This document shows positions 13,101 to 28,100 of a DNA stretch of 64,000 bases, piece after piece. How positions within the stretch are numbered: position 1 is the first letter of the stretch; every line of letters starts with the position of its first letter. The notes under the pieces were generated by a model. That model was not told the origin of the DNA. It did not search any database and saw nothing but the letters and a program-made list of their open reading frames with translations. The stretch is from the NCBI RefSeq assembly GCF_009914755.1, contig NC_060946.1; one strand, written 5' to 3'. The stretch comes from the human T2T-CHM13v2.0 reference genome, Homo sapiens. Both the position numbers and the translations under genes were made by a program.

Positions 13101-16100
13101 GCTCTGTCAAAAGGAAGGTTCTTCTCTGTTAGGTGAGTGCATACGTCATAAAGGAGTTTCTGAGAATGTTTCTGTCTAGTGGTTATGGGAAGATATTTGC
13201 TTTTTCACCGTAGGCCTCAGAGCGCTCCAAATATCCACTTGCACATACTACAAAAAGAGTGCCTCAAAGCTGCTCTCTGAAACGGAATGTTCAACTCTAT
13301 GAGTTGAATGCAAACATCACAAAGACGTTTCTGAGAATGCTTCTGTCTAGATTTGATATGAAGATATTCCCGTTTCCAACGAAATCTTCAAATCTATCCA
13401 AATGTCCACTTGCAGATTCAACAAAAAGTGTTTTTCAGAACTGCTCTATCAAAAGAAAGATCCACCTCTGTTAGCTGAGTTCACACATCACAAACAAGTT
13501 TATGAGAATGCTTCTGTCTAGTTTTTATTTGAAGATATTTCCTTTCTCACCATAGACCTGAAAGCTGTCCTAATGTTCACTTCCAGATACTACAGAAAGA
13601 GTGTTTCAAAACTGCTGTACGAAGGGGAATGTTCAACTCTGTGACTTGAATGCACACATCACAAAGAAGTTTCTGAGGATGCTGCTGTCTACTTTTTATA
13701 CGTAATCCCGTTTCCAACGAAATCCTCCAAGCTATCCAAATATCCACTTGCAGATTCCACAGAAAGACTGTTTCAAAACTGCTCTGTCAATAGAAAGGTT
13801 CAACTCTGTTAGCTGCGTGCATATATCCCAAAGAAGATTCTGAGATTGCTTCTGTCTAGTTTTTATGGGAAGATATTTCCCTTTTCACCGTAGGCGTCAA
13901 GGCGCTCCAAATGTCCACTTCCAGATACTACAAAAAGAGTGTTTCAAACCTACTCTGTGAAAGGGAATATTCAACTCTGTGACTTGAATGCACATATCAC
14001 AAAGAAGTTTCTGAGAATGCTTCTGTCGAGATTTTATATGAAGATATTCCCGTTTCCAACGAAATCCTGAAATCTATCCAAATATCCCCTCGCAGATTCT
14101 ACAAAAAGAGTGTTTCAAAACTGCTCTGTAAAAAGAAAGGTTCAACTCTGTTAGTTGAGTACACACATCACAAACAAGTTTCACAGAATGCTTCTTTCTA
14201 GCTTGTAGGGGAAGATATTCCCTTTATCACCATGGGCCTCCAACCGTCCGAAACGTCCACTTCCATATACTACCAAAAGAGCGTTTCAAACCTGCTCTAG
14301 GAAAGGCAATGTTCAACTCTGTGACTTGAATGCAGACATCACAGAGCAGTTTCTGAGAATGCTTCTGTCTAGATTTTATAGGAAGATATTCCCGTTTCCA
14401 ACGAAATCTTCACAGCTATCCAAATATCCACTTGCAGATTCTACAAAAAGAGTGTATCAAAACTGCTCTGTCAAAAGGAAGGTTCTTCTCTGTTAGGTGA
14501 GTGCATACGTCATAAAGGAGTTTCTGAGAATGTTTCTGTCTAGTGGTTATGGGAAGATATTTGCTTTTTCACCGTAGGCCTCAGAGCGCTCCAAATATCC
14601 ACTTGCACATACTACAAAAAGAGTGCCTCAAAGCTGCTCTCTGAAACGGAATGTTCAACTCTATGAGTTGAATGCAAACATCACAAAGACGTTTCTGAGA
14701 ATGCTTCTGTCTAGATTTGATATGAAGATATTCCCGTTTCCAATGAAATCTTCAAATCTATCCAAATGTCCACTTGCAGATTCAACAAAAAGTGTTTTTC
14801 AGAACTGCTCTATCAAAAGAAAGATCCACCTCTGTTAGCTGAGTTCACACATCACAAACAAGTTTATGAGAATGCTTCTGTCTAGTTTTTATTTGAAGAT
14901 ATTTCCTTTCTCACCATAGACCTGAAAGCTGTCCTAATGTTCACTTCCAGATACTACAGAAAGAGTGTTTCAAAACTGCTGTACGAAAGGGAATGTTCAA
15001 CTCTGTGACTTGAATGCACACATCACAAAGAAGTTTCTGAGGATGCTGCTGTCTACTTTTTATACGTAATCCCGTTTCCAACGAAATCCTCCAAGCTATC
15101 CAAATATCCACTTGCAGATTCCACAGAAAGACTGTTTCAAAACTGCTCTGTCAATAGAAAGGTTCAACTCTGTTAGCTGCGTGCATATATCCCAAAGAAG
15201 ATTCTGAGATTGCTTCTGTCTAGTTTTTATGGGAAGATATTTCCCTTTTCACCGTAGGCGTCAAGGCGCTCCAAATGTCCACTTCCAGATACTACAAAAA
15301 GAGTGTTTCAAACCTACTCTGTGAAAGCGAATATTCAACTCTGTGACTTGAATGCACATATCACAAAGAAGTTTCTGAGAATGCTTCTGTCGAGATTTTA
15401 TATGAAGATATTCCCGTTTCCAACGAAATCCTGAAATCTATCCAAATATCCCCTCGCAGATTCTACAAAAAGAGTGTTTCAAAACTGCTCTGTAAAAAGA
15501 AAGGTTCAACTCTGTTAGTTGAGTACACACATCACAAACAAGTTTCACAGAATGCTTCTTTCTAGCTTGTAGGGGAAGATATTCCCTTTATCACCATGGG
15601 CCTCCAACCGTCCGAAACGTCCACTTCCATATACTACCAAAAGAGCGTTTCAAACCTGCTCTAGGAAAGGCAATGTTCAACTCTGTGACTTGAATGCAGA
15701 CATCACAGAGCAGTTTCTGAGAATGCTTCTGTCTAGATTTTATAGGAAGATATTCCCGTTTCCAACGAAATCTTCACAGCTATCCAAATATCCACTTGCA
15801 GATTCTACAAAAAGAGTGTATCAAAACTGCTCTGTCAAAAGGAAGGTTCTTCTCTGTTAGGTGAGTGCATACGTCATAAAGGAGTTTCTGAGAATGTTTC
15901 TGTCTAGTGGTTATGGGAAGATATTTGCTTTTTCACCGTAGGCCTCAGAGCGCTCCAAATATCCACTTGCACATACTACAAAAAGAGTGCCTCAAAGCTG
16001 CTCTCTGAAACGGAATGTTCAACTCTATGAGTTGAATGCAAACATCACAAAGACGTTTCTGAGAATGCTTCTGTCTAGATTTGATATGAAGATATTCCCG

Positions 16101-19100
16101 TTTCCAACGAAATCTTCAAATCTATCCAAATGTCCACTTGCAGATTCAACAAAAAGTGTTTTTCAGAACTGCTCTATCAAAAGAAAGATCCACCTCTGTT
16201 AGCTGAGTTCACACATCACAAACAAGTTTATGAGAATGCTTCTGTCTAGTTTTTATTTGAAGATATTTCCTTTCTCACCATAGACCTGAAAGCTGTCCTA
16301 ATGTTCACTTCCAGATACTACAGAAAGAGTGTTTCAAAACTGCTGTACGAAAGGGAATGTTCAACTCTGTGACTTGAATGCACACATCACAAAGAAGTTT
16401 CTGAGGATGCTGCTGTCTACTTTTTATACGTAATCCCGTTTCCAACGAAATCCTCCAAGCTATCCAAATATCCACTTGCAGATTCCACAGAAAGACTGTT
16501 TCAAAACTGCTCTGTCAATAGAAAGGTTCAACTCTGTTAGCTGCGTGCATATATCCCAAAGAAGATTCTGAGATTGCTTCTGTCTAGTTTTTATGGGAAG
16601 ATATTTCCCTTTTCACCGTAGGCGTCAAGGCGCTCCAAATGTCCACTTCCAGATACTACAAAAAGAGTGTTTCAAACCTACTCTGTGAAAGGGAATATTC
16701 AACTCTGTGACTTGAATGCACATATCACAAAGAAGTTTCTGAGAATGCTTCTGTCGAGATTTTATATGAAGATATTCCCGTTTCCAACGAAATCCTGAAA
16801 TCTATCCAAATATCCCCTCGCAGATTCTACAAAAAGAGTGTTTCAAAACTGCTCTGTAAAAAGAAAGGTTCAACTCTGTTAGTTGAGTACACACATCACA
16901 AACAAGTTTCACAGAATGCTTCTTTCTAGCTTGTAGGGGAAGATATTCCCTTTATCACCATGGGCCTCCAAACGTCCGAAACGTCCACTTCCATATACTA
17001 CAAAAAGAGCGTTTCAAACCTGCTCTATGAAAGGCAATGTTCAACTCTGTGACTTGAATGCAGACATCACAGAGCAGTTTCTGAGAATGCTTCTGTCTAG
17101 ATTTTATAGGAAGATATTCCCGTTTCCAACGAAATCTTCACAGCTATCCAAATATCCACTTGCAGATTCTACAAAAAGAGTGTATCAAAACTGCTCTGTC
17201 AAAAGGAAGGTTCTTCTCTGTTAGGTGAGTGCATACGTCATAAAGGAGTTTCTGAGAATGTTTCTGTCTAGTGGTTATGGGAAGATATTTGCTTTTTCAC
17301 CGTAGGCCTCAGAGCGCTCCAAATATCCACTTGCACATACTACAAAAAGAGTGCCTCAAAGCTGCTCTTTGAAACGGAATGTTCAACTCTATGAGTTGAA
17401 TGCAAACATCACAAAGACGTTTCTGAGAATGCTTCTGTCTAGATTTGATATGAAGATATTCCCGTTTCCAACGAAATCTTCAAATCTATCCAAATGTCCA
17501 CTTGCAGATTCAACAAAAAGTGTTTTTCAGAACTGCTCTATCAAAAGAAAGATCCACATCTGTTAGCTGAGTTCACACATCACAAACAAGTTTATGAGAA
17601 TGCTTCTGTCTAGTTTTTATTTGAAGATATTTCCTTTCTCACCATAGACCTGAAAGCTGTCCTAATGTTCACTTCCAGATACTACAGAAAGAGTGTTTCA
17701 AAACTGCTGTATGAAAGGGAATGTTCAACTCTGTGACTTGAATGCACACATCACAAAGAAGTTTCTGAGGATGCTGCTGTCTACTTTTTATATGTAATCC
17801 GGTTTCCAACGAAATCCTCCAAGCTATCCAAATATCCGCTTGCAGATTCCACAGAAAGACTGTTTCAAAACTGCTCTGTCAATAGAAAGGTTCAACTCTG
17901 TTAGCTGCGTGCATATATCCCAAAGAAGATTCTGAGATTGCTTCTGTCTAGTTTTTATGGGAAGATATTTCCCTTTTCACCGTAGGCGTCAAGGCGCTCC
18001 AAATGTCCACTTCCAGATACTACAAAAAGAGTGTTTCAAACCTACTCTGTGAAAGGGAATATTCAACTCTGTGACTTGAATGCACATATCACAAAGAAGT
18101 TTCTGAGAATGCTTCTGTCGAGATTTTATATGAAGATATTCCCGTTTCCAACGAAATCCTGAAATCTATCCAAATATCCCCTCGCAGATTCTACAAAAAG
18201 AGTGTTTCAAAACTGCTCTGTAAAAAGAAAGGTTCAACTCTGTTAGTTGAGTACACACATCACAAACAAGTTTCACAGAATGCTTCTTTCTAGCTTGTAG
18301 GGGAAGATATTCCCTTTATCACCATGGGCCTCCAACCGTCCGAAACGTCCACTTCCATATACTACCAAAAGAGCGTTTCAAACCTGCTCTAGGAAAGGCA
18401 ATGTTCAACTCTGTGACTTGAATGCAGACATCACAGAGCAGTTTCTGAGAATGCTTCTGTCTAGATTTTATAGGAAGATATTCCCGTTTCCAACGAAATC
18501 TTCACAGCTATCCAAATATCCACTTGCAGATTCTACAAAAAGAGTGTATCAAAACTGCTCTGTCAAAAGGAAGGTTCTTCTCTGTTAGGTGAGTGCATAC
18601 GTCATAAAGGAGTTTCTGAGAATGTTTCTGTCTAGTGGTTATGGGAAGATATTTGCTTTTTCACCGTAGGCCTCAGAGCGCTCCAAATATCCACTTGCAC
18701 ATACTACAAAAAGAGTGCCTCAAAGCTGCTCTCTGAAACGGAATGTTCAACTCTATGAGTTGAATGCAAACATCACAAAGACGTTTCTGAGAATGCTTCT
18801 GTCTAGATTTGATATGAAGATATTCCCGTTTCCAACGAAATCTTCAAATCTATCCAAATGTCCACTTGCAGATTCAACAAAAAGTGTTTTTCAGAACTGC
18901 TCTATCAAAAGAAAGATCCACCTCTGTTAGCTGAGTTCACACATCACAAACAAGTTTATGAGAATGCTTCTGTCTAGTTTTTATTTGAAGATATTTCCTT
19001 TCTCACCATAGACCTGAAAGCTGTCCTAATGTTCACTTCCAGATACTACAGAAAGAGTGTTTCAAAACTGCTGTACGAAAGGGAATGTTCAACTCTGTGA

Positions 19101-22100
19101 CTTGAATGCACACATCACAAAGAAGTTTCTGAGGATGCTGCTGTCTACTTTTTATACGTAATCCCGTTTCCAACGAAATCCTCCAAGCTATCCAAATATC
19201 CACTTGCAGATTCCACAGAAAGACTGTTTCAAAACTGCTCTGTCAATAGAAAGGTTCAACTCTGTTAGCTGCGTGCATATATCCCAAAGAAGATTCTGAG
19301 ATTGCTTCTGTCTAGTTTTTATGGGAAGATATTTCCCTTTTCACCGTAGGCGTCAAGGCGCTCCAAATGTCCACTTCCAGATACTACAAAAAGAGTGTTT
19401 CAAACCTACTCTGTGAAAGGGAATATTCAACTCTGTGACTTGAATGCACATATCACAAAGAAGTTTCTGAGAATGCTTCTGTCGAGATTTTATATGAAGA
19501 TATTCCCGTTTCCAACGAAATCCTGAAATCTATCCAAATATCCCCTCGCAGATTCTACAAAAAGAGTGTTTCAAAACTGCTCTGTAAAAAGAAAGGTTCA
19601 ACTCTGTTAGTTGAGTACACACATCACAAACAAGTTTCACAGAATGCTTCTTTCTAGCTTGTAGGGGAAGATATTCCCTTTATCACCATGGGCCTCCAAC
19701 CGTCCGAAACGTCCACTTCCATATACTACAAAAAGAGCGTTTCAAACCTGCTCTATGAAAGGCAATGTTCAACTCTGTGACTTGAATGCAGACATCACAG
19801 AGCAGTTTCTGAGAATGCTTCTGTCTAGATTTTATAGGAAGATATTCCCGTTTCCAACGAAATCTTCACAGCTATCCAAATATCCACTTGCAGATTCTAC
19901 AAAAAGAGTGTATCAAAACTGCTCTGTCAAAAGGAAGGTTCTTCTCTGTTAGGTGAGTGCATACGTCATAAAGGAGTTTCTGAGAATGTTTCTGTCTAGT
20001 GGTTATGGGAAGATATTTGCTTTTTCACCGTAGGCCTCAGAGCGCTCCAAATATCCACTTGCACATACTACAAAAAGAGTGCCTCAAAGCTGCTCTTTGA
20101 AACGGAATGTTCAACTCTATGAGTTGAATGCAAACATCACAAAGACGTTTCTGAGAATGCTTCTGTCTAGATTTGATATGAAGATATTCCCGTTTCCAAC
20201 GAAATCTTCAAATCTATCCAAATGTCCACTTGCAGATTCAACAAAAAGTGTTTTTCAGAACTGCTCTATCAAAAGAAAGATCCACATCTGTTAGCTGAGT
20301 TCACACATCACAAACAAGTTTATGAGAATGCTTCTGTCTAGTTTTTATTTGAAGATATTTCCTTTCTCACCATAGACCTGAAAGCTGTCCTAATGTTCAC
20401 TTCCAGATACTACAGAAAGAGTGTTTCAAAACTGCTGTATGAAAGGGAATGTTCAACTCTGTGACTTGAATGCACACATCACAAAGAAGTTTCTGAGGAT
20501 GCTGCTGTCTACTTTTTATATGTAATCCGGTTTCCAACGAAATCCTCCAAGCTATCCAAATATCCGCTTGCAGATTCCACAGAAAGACTGTTTCAAAACT
20601 GCTCTGTCAATAGAAAGGTTCAACTCTGTTAGCTGCGTGCATATATCCCAAAGAAGATTCTGAGATTGCTTCTGTCTAGTTTTTATGGGAAGATATTTCC
20701 CTTTTCACCGTAGGCGTCAAGGCGCTCCAAATGTCCACTTCCAGATACTACAAAAAGAGTGTTTCAAACCTACTCTGTGAAAGGGAATATTCAACTCTGT
20801 GACTTGAATGCACATATCACAAAGAAGTTTCTGAGAATGCTTCTGTCGAGATTTTATATGAAGATATTCCCGTTTCCAACGAAATCCTGAAATCTATCCA
20901 AATATCCCCTCGCAGATTCTACAAAAAGAGTGTTTCAAAACTGCTCTGTAAAAAGAAAGGTTCAACTCTGTTAGTTGAGTACACACATCACAAACAAGTT
21001 TCACAGAATGCTTCTTTCTAGCTTGTAGGGGAAGATATTCCCTTTATCACCATGGGCCTCCAACCGTCCGAAACGTCCACTTCCATATACTACAAAAAGA
21101 GCGTTTCAAACCTGCTCTAGGAAAGGCAATGTTCAACTCTGTGACTTGAATGCAGACATCACAGAGCAGTTTCTGAGAATGCTTCTGTCTAGATTTTATA
21201 GGAAGATATTCCCGTTTCCAACGAAATCTTCACAGCTATCCAAATATCCACTTGCAGATTCTACAAAAAGAGTGTATCAAAACTGCTCTGTCAAAAGGAA
21301 GGTTCTTCTCTGTTAGGTGAGTGCATACGTCATAAAGGAGTTTCTGAGAATGTTTCTGTCTAGTGGTTATGGGAAGATATTTGCTTTTTCACCGTAGGCC
21401 TCAGAGCGCTCCAAATATCCACTTGCACATACTACAAAAAGAGTGCCTCAAAGCTGCTCTCTGAAACGGAATGTTCAACTCTATGAGTTGAATGCAAACA
21501 TCACAAAGACGTTTCTGAGAATGCTTCTGTCTAGATTTGATATGAAGATATTCCCGTTTCCAACGAAATCTTCAAATCTATCCAAATGTCCACTTGCAGA
21601 TTCAACAAAAAGTGTTTTTCAGAACTGCTCTATCAAAAGAAAGATCCACATCTGTTAGCTGAGTTCACACATCACAAACAAGTTTATGAGAATGCTTCTG
21701 TCTAGTTTTTATTTGAAGATATTTCCTTTCTCACCATAGACCTGAAAGCTGTCCTAATGTTCACTTCCAGATACTACAGAAAGAGTGTTTCAAAACTGCT
21801 GTATGAAAGGGAATGTTCAACTCTGTGACTTGAATGCACACATCACAAAGAAGTTTCTGAGGATGCTGCTGTCTACTTTTTATATGTAATCCGGTTTCCA
21901 ACGAAATCCTCCAAGCTATCCAAATATCCGCTTGCAGATTCCACAGAAAGACTGTTTCAAAACTGCTCTGTCAATAGAAAGGTTCAACTCTGTTAGCTGC
22001 GTGCATATATCCCAAAGAAGATTCTGAGATTGCTTCTGTCTAGTTTTTATGGGAAGATATTTCCCTTTTCACCGTAGGCGTCAAGGCGCTCCAAATGTCC

Positions 22101-25100
22101 ACTTCCAGATACTACAAAAAGAGTGTTTCAAACCTACTCTGTGAAAGGGAATATTCAACTCTGTGACTTGAATGCACATATCACAAAGAAGTTTCTGATA
22201 ATGCTTCTGTCGAGATTTTATATGAAGATATTCCCGTTTCCAACGAAATCCTGAAATCTATCCAAATATCCCCTCGCAGATTCTACAAAAAGAGTGTTTC
22301 AAAACTGCTCTGTAAAAAGAAAGGTTCAACTCTGTTAGTTGAGTACACACATCACAAACAAGTTTCACAGAATGCTTCTTTCTAGCTTGTAGGGGAAGAT
22401 ATTCCCTTTATCACCATGGGCCTCCAACCGTCCGAAACGTCCACTTCCATATACTACAAAAAGAGCGTTTCAAACCTGCTCTAGGAAAGGCAATGTTCAA
22501 CTCTGTGACTTGAATGCAGACATCACAGAGCAGTTTCTGAGAATGCTTCTGTCTAGATTTTATAGGAAGATATTCCCGTTTCCAACGAAATCTTCACAGC
22601 TATCCAAATATCCACTTGCAGATTCTACAAAAAGAGTGTATCAAAACTGCTCTGTCAAAAGGAAGGTTCTTCTCTGTTAGGTGAGTGCATACGTCATAAA
22701 GGAGTTTCTGAGAATGTTTCTGTCTAGTGGTTATGGGAAGATATTTGCTTTTTCACCGTAGGCCTCAGAGCGCTCCAAATATCCACTTGCACATACTACA
22801 AAAAGAGTGCCTCAAAGCTGCTCTCTGAAACGGAATGTTCAACTCTATGAGTTGAATGCAAACATCACAAAGACGTTTCTGAGAATGCTTCTGTCTAGAT
22901 TTGATATGAAGATATTCCCGTTTCCAACGAAATCTTCAAATCTATCCAAATGTCCACTTGCAGATTCAACAAAAAGTGTTTTTCAGAACTGCTCTATCAA
23001 AAGAAAGATCCACCTCTGTTAGCTGAGTTCACACATCACAAACAAGTTTATGAGAATGCTTCTGTCTAGTTTTTATTTGAAGATATTTCCTTTCTCACCA
23101 TAGACCTGAAAGCTGTCCTAATGTTCACTTCCAGATACTACAGAAAGAGTGTTTCAAAACTGCTGTACGAAAGGGAATGTTCAACTCTGTGACTTGAATG
23201 CACACATCACAAAGAAGTTTCTGAGGATGCTGCTGTCTACTTTTCATACGTAATCCCGTTTCCAACGAAATCCTCCAAGCTATCCAAATATCCACTTGCA
23301 GATTCCACAGAAAGACTGTTTCAAAACTGCTCTGTCAATAGAAAGGTTCAACTCTGTTAGCTGCGTGCATATATCCCAAAGAAGATTCTGAGATTCCTTC
23401 TGTCTAGTTTTTATGGGAAGATATTTCCCTTTTCACCGTAGGCGTCAAGGCGCTCCAAATGTCCACTTCCAGATACTACAAAAAGAGTGTTTCAAACCTA
23501 CTCTGTGAAAGGGAATATTCAACTCTGTGACTTGAATGCACATATCACAAAGAAGTTTCTGAGAATGCTTCTGTCGAGATTTTATATGAAGATATTCCCG
23601 TTTCCAACGAAATCCTGAAATCTATCCAAATATCCCCTCGCAGATTCTACAAAAAGAGTGTTTCAAAACTGCTCTGTAAAAAGAAAGGTTCAACTCTGTT
23701 AGTTGAGTACACACATCACAAACAAGTTTCACAGAATGCTTCTTTCTAGCTTGTAGGGGAAGATATTCCCTTTATCACCATGGTCCTCAAACCGTCCGAA
23801 ACGTCCACTTCCATATACTACAAAAAGAGCGTTTCAAACCTGCTCTAGGAAAGGCAATGTTCAACTCTGTGACTTGAATGCAGACATCACAGAACAGTTT
23901 CTGAGAATGCTTCTGTCTAGATTTTATAGGAAGATATTCCCGTTTCCAACGAAATCTTCACAGCTATCCAAATATCCACTTGCAGATTCTACAAAAAGAG
24001 TGTATCAAAACTGCTCTGTCAAAAGGAAGGTTCTTCTCTGTTAGGTGAGTGCATACGTCATAAAGGAGTTTCTGAGAATGTTTCTGTCTAGTGGTTATGG
24101 GAAGATATTTGCTTTTTCACCGTAGGCCTCAGAGCGCTCCAAATATCCACTTGCACATACTACAAAAAGAGTGCCTCAAAGCTGCTCTCTGAAACGGAAT
24201 GTTCAACTCTATGAGTTGAATGTAAACATCACAAAGACGTTTCTGAGAATGCTTCTGTCTAGATTTGATATGAAGATATTCCCGTTTCCAACGAAATCTT
24301 CAAATCTATCCAAATGTCCACTTGCAGATTCAACAAAAAGTGTTTTTCAGAACTGCTCTATCAAAAGAAAGATCCACCTCTGTTAGCTGAGTTCACACAT
24401 CACAAACAAGTTTATGAGAATGCTTCTGTCTAGTTTTTATTTGAAGATATTTCCTTTCTCACCATAGACCTGAAAGCTGTCCTAATGTTCACTTCCAGAT
24501 ACTACAGAAAGAGTGTTTCAAAACTGCTGTACGAAAGGGAATGTTCAACTCTGTGACTTGAATGCACACATCACAAAGAAGTTTCTGAGGATGCTGCTGT
24601 CTACTTTTTATACGTAATCCCGTTTCCAACGAAATCCTCCAAGCTATCCAAATATCCACTTGCAGATTCCACAGAAAGACTGTTTCAAAACTGCTCTGTC
24701 AATAGAAAGGTTCAACTCTGTTAGCTGCGTGCATATATCCCAAAGAAGATTCTGAGATTGCTTCTGTCTAGTTTTTATGGGAAGATATTTCCCTTTTCAC
24801 CGTAGGCGTCAAGGCGCTCCAAATGTCCACTTCCAGATACTACAAAAAGAGTGTTTCAAACCTACTCTGTGAAAGCGAATATTCAACTCTGTGACTTGAA
24901 TGCACATATCACAAAGAAGTTTCTGAGAATGCTTCTGTCGAGATTTTATATGAAGATATTCCCGTTTCCAACGAAATCCTGAAATCTATCCAAATATCCC
25001 CTCGCAGATTCTACAAAAAGAGTGTTTCAAAACTGCTCTGTAAAAAGAAAGGTTCAACTCTGTTAGTTGAGTACACACATCACAAACAAGTTTCACAGAA

Positions 25101-28100
25101 TGCTTCTTTCTAGCTTGTAGGGGAAGATATTCCCTTTATCACCATGGGCCTCCAACCGTCCGAAACGTCCACTTCCATATACTACCAAAAGAGCGTTTCA
25201 AACCTGCTCTAGGAAAGGCAATGTTCAACTCTGTGACTTGAATGCAGACATCACAGAGCAGTTTCTGAGAATGCTTCTGTCTAGATTTTATAGGAAGATA
25301 TTCCCGTTTCCAACGAAATCTTCACAGCTATCCAAATATCCACTTGCAGATTCTACAAAAAGAGTGTATCAAAACTGCTCTGTCAAAAGGAAGGTTCTTC
25401 TCTGTTAGGTGAGTGCATACGTCATAAAGGAGTTTCTGAGAATGTTTCTGTCTAGTGGTTATGGGAAGATATTTGCTTTTTCACCGTAGGCCTCAGAGCG
25501 CTCCAAATATCCACTTGCACATACTACAAAAAGAGTGCCTCAAAGCTGCTCTCTGAAACGGAATGTTCAACTCTATGAGTTGAATGCAAACATCACAAAG
25601 ACGTTTCTGAGAATGCTTCTGTCTAGATTTGATATGAAGATATTCCCGTTTCCAACGAAATCTTCAAATCTATCCAAATGTCCACTTGCAGATTCAACAA
25701 AAAGTGTTTTTCAGAACTGCTCTATCAAAAGAAAGATCCACCTCTGTTAGCTGAGTTCACACATCACAAACAAGTTTATGAGAATGCTTCTGTCTAGTTT
25801 TTATTTGAAGATATTTCCTTTCTCACCATAGACCTGAAAGCTGTCCTAATGTTCACTTCCAGATACTACAGAAAGAGTGTTTCAAAACTGCTGTACGAAA
25901 GGGAATGTTCAACTCTGTGACTTGAATGCACACATCACAAAGAAGTTTCTGAGGATGCTGCTGTCTACTTTTTATACGTAATCCCGTTTCCAACGAAATC
26001 CTCCAAGCTATCCAAATATCCACTTGCAGATTCCACAGAAAGACTGTTTCAAAACTGCTCTGTCAATAGAAAGGTTCAACTCTGTTAGCTGCGTGCATAT
26101 ATCCCAAAGAAGATTCTGAGATTGCTTCTGTCTAGTTTTTATGGGAAGATATTTCCCTTTTCACCGTAGGCGTCAAGGCGCTCCAAATGTCCACTTCCAG
26201 ATACTACAAAAAGAGTGTTTCAAACCTACTCTGTGAAAGGGAATATTCAACTCTGTGACTTGAATGCACATATCACAAAGAAGTTTCTGAGAATGCTTCT
26301 GTCGAGATTTTATATGAAGATATTCCCGTTTCCAACGAAATCCTGAAATCTATCCAAATATCCCCTCGCAGATTCTACAAAAAGAGTGTTTCAAAACTGC
26401 TCTGTAAAAAGAAAGGTTCAACTCTGTTAGTTGAGTACACACATCACAAACAAGTTTCACAGAATGCTTCTTTCTAGCTTGTAGGGGAAGATATTCCCTT
26501 TATCACCATGGGCCTCCAAACGTCCGAAACGTCCACTTCCATATACTACCAAAAGAGCGTTTCAAACCTGCTCTAGGAAAGGCAATGTTCAACTCTGTGA
26601 CTTGAATGCAGACATCACAGAGCAGTTTCTGAGAATGCTTCTGTCTAGATTTTATAGGAAGATATTCCCGTTTCCAACGAAATCTTCACAGCTATCCAAA
26701 TATCCACTTGCAGATTCTACAAAAAGAGTGTATCAAAACTGCTCTGTCAAAAGGAAGGTTCTTCTCTGTTAGGTGAGTGCATACGTCATAAAGGAGTTTC
26801 TGAGAATGTTTCTGTCTAGTGGTTATGGGAAGATATTTGCTTTTTCACCGTAGGCCTCAGAGCGCTCCAAATATCCACTTGCACATACTACAAAAAGAGT
26901 GCCTCAAAGCTGCTCTTTGAAACGGAATGTTCAACTCTATGAGTTGAATGCAAACATCACAAAGACGTTTCTGAGAATGCTTCTGTCTAGATTTGATATG
27001 AAGATATTCCCGTTTCCAACGAAATCTTCAAATCTATCCAAATGTCCACTTGCAGATTCAACAAAAAGTGTTTTTCAGAACTGCTCTATCAAAAGAAAGA
27101 TCCACATCTGTTAGCTGAGTTCACACATCACAAACAAGTTTATGAGAATGCTTCTGTCTAGTTTTTATTTGAAGATATTTCCTTTCTCACCATAGACCTG
27201 AAAGCTGTCCTAATGTTCACTTCCAGATACTACAGAAAGAGTGTTTCAAAACTGCTGTATGAAAGGGAATGTTCAACTCTGTGACTTGAATGCACACATC
27301 ACAAAGAAGTTTCTGAGGATGCTGCTGTCTACTTTTTATATGTAATCCGGTTTCCAACGAAATCCTCCAAGCTATCCAAATATCCGCTTGCAGATTCCAC
27401 AGAAAGACTGTTTCAAAACTGCTCTGTCAATAGAAAGGTTCAACTCTGTTAGCTGCGTGCATATATCCCAAAGAAGATTCTGAGATTGCTTCTGTCTAGT
27501 TTTTATGGGAAGATATTTCCCTTTTCACCGTAGGCGTCAAGGCGCTCCAAATGTCCACTTCCAGATACTACAAAAAGAGTGTTTCAAACCTACTCTGTGA
27601 AAGGGAATATTCAACTCTGTGACTTGAATGCACATATCACAAAGAAGTTTCTGAGAATGCTTCTGTCGAGATTTTATATGAAGATATTCCCGTTTCCAAC
27701 GAAATCCTGAAATCTATCCAAATATCCCCTCGCAGATTCTACAAAAAGAGTGTTTCAAAACTGCTCTGTAAAAAGAAAGGTTCAACTCTGTTAGTTGAGT
27801 ACACACATCACAAACAAGTTTCACAGAATGCTTCTTTCTAGCTTGTAGGGGAAGATATTCCCTTTATCACCATGGGCCTCCAACCGTCCGAAACGTCCAC
27901 TTCCATATACTACAAAAAGAGCGTTTCAAACCTGCTCTAGGAAAGGCAATGTTCAACTCTGTGACTTGAATGCAGACATCACAGAGCAGTTTCTGAGAAT
28001 GCTTCTGTCTAGATTTTATAGGAAGATATTCCCGTTTCCAACGAAATCTTCACAGCTATCCAAATATCCACTTGCAGATTCTACAAAAAGAGTGTATCAA

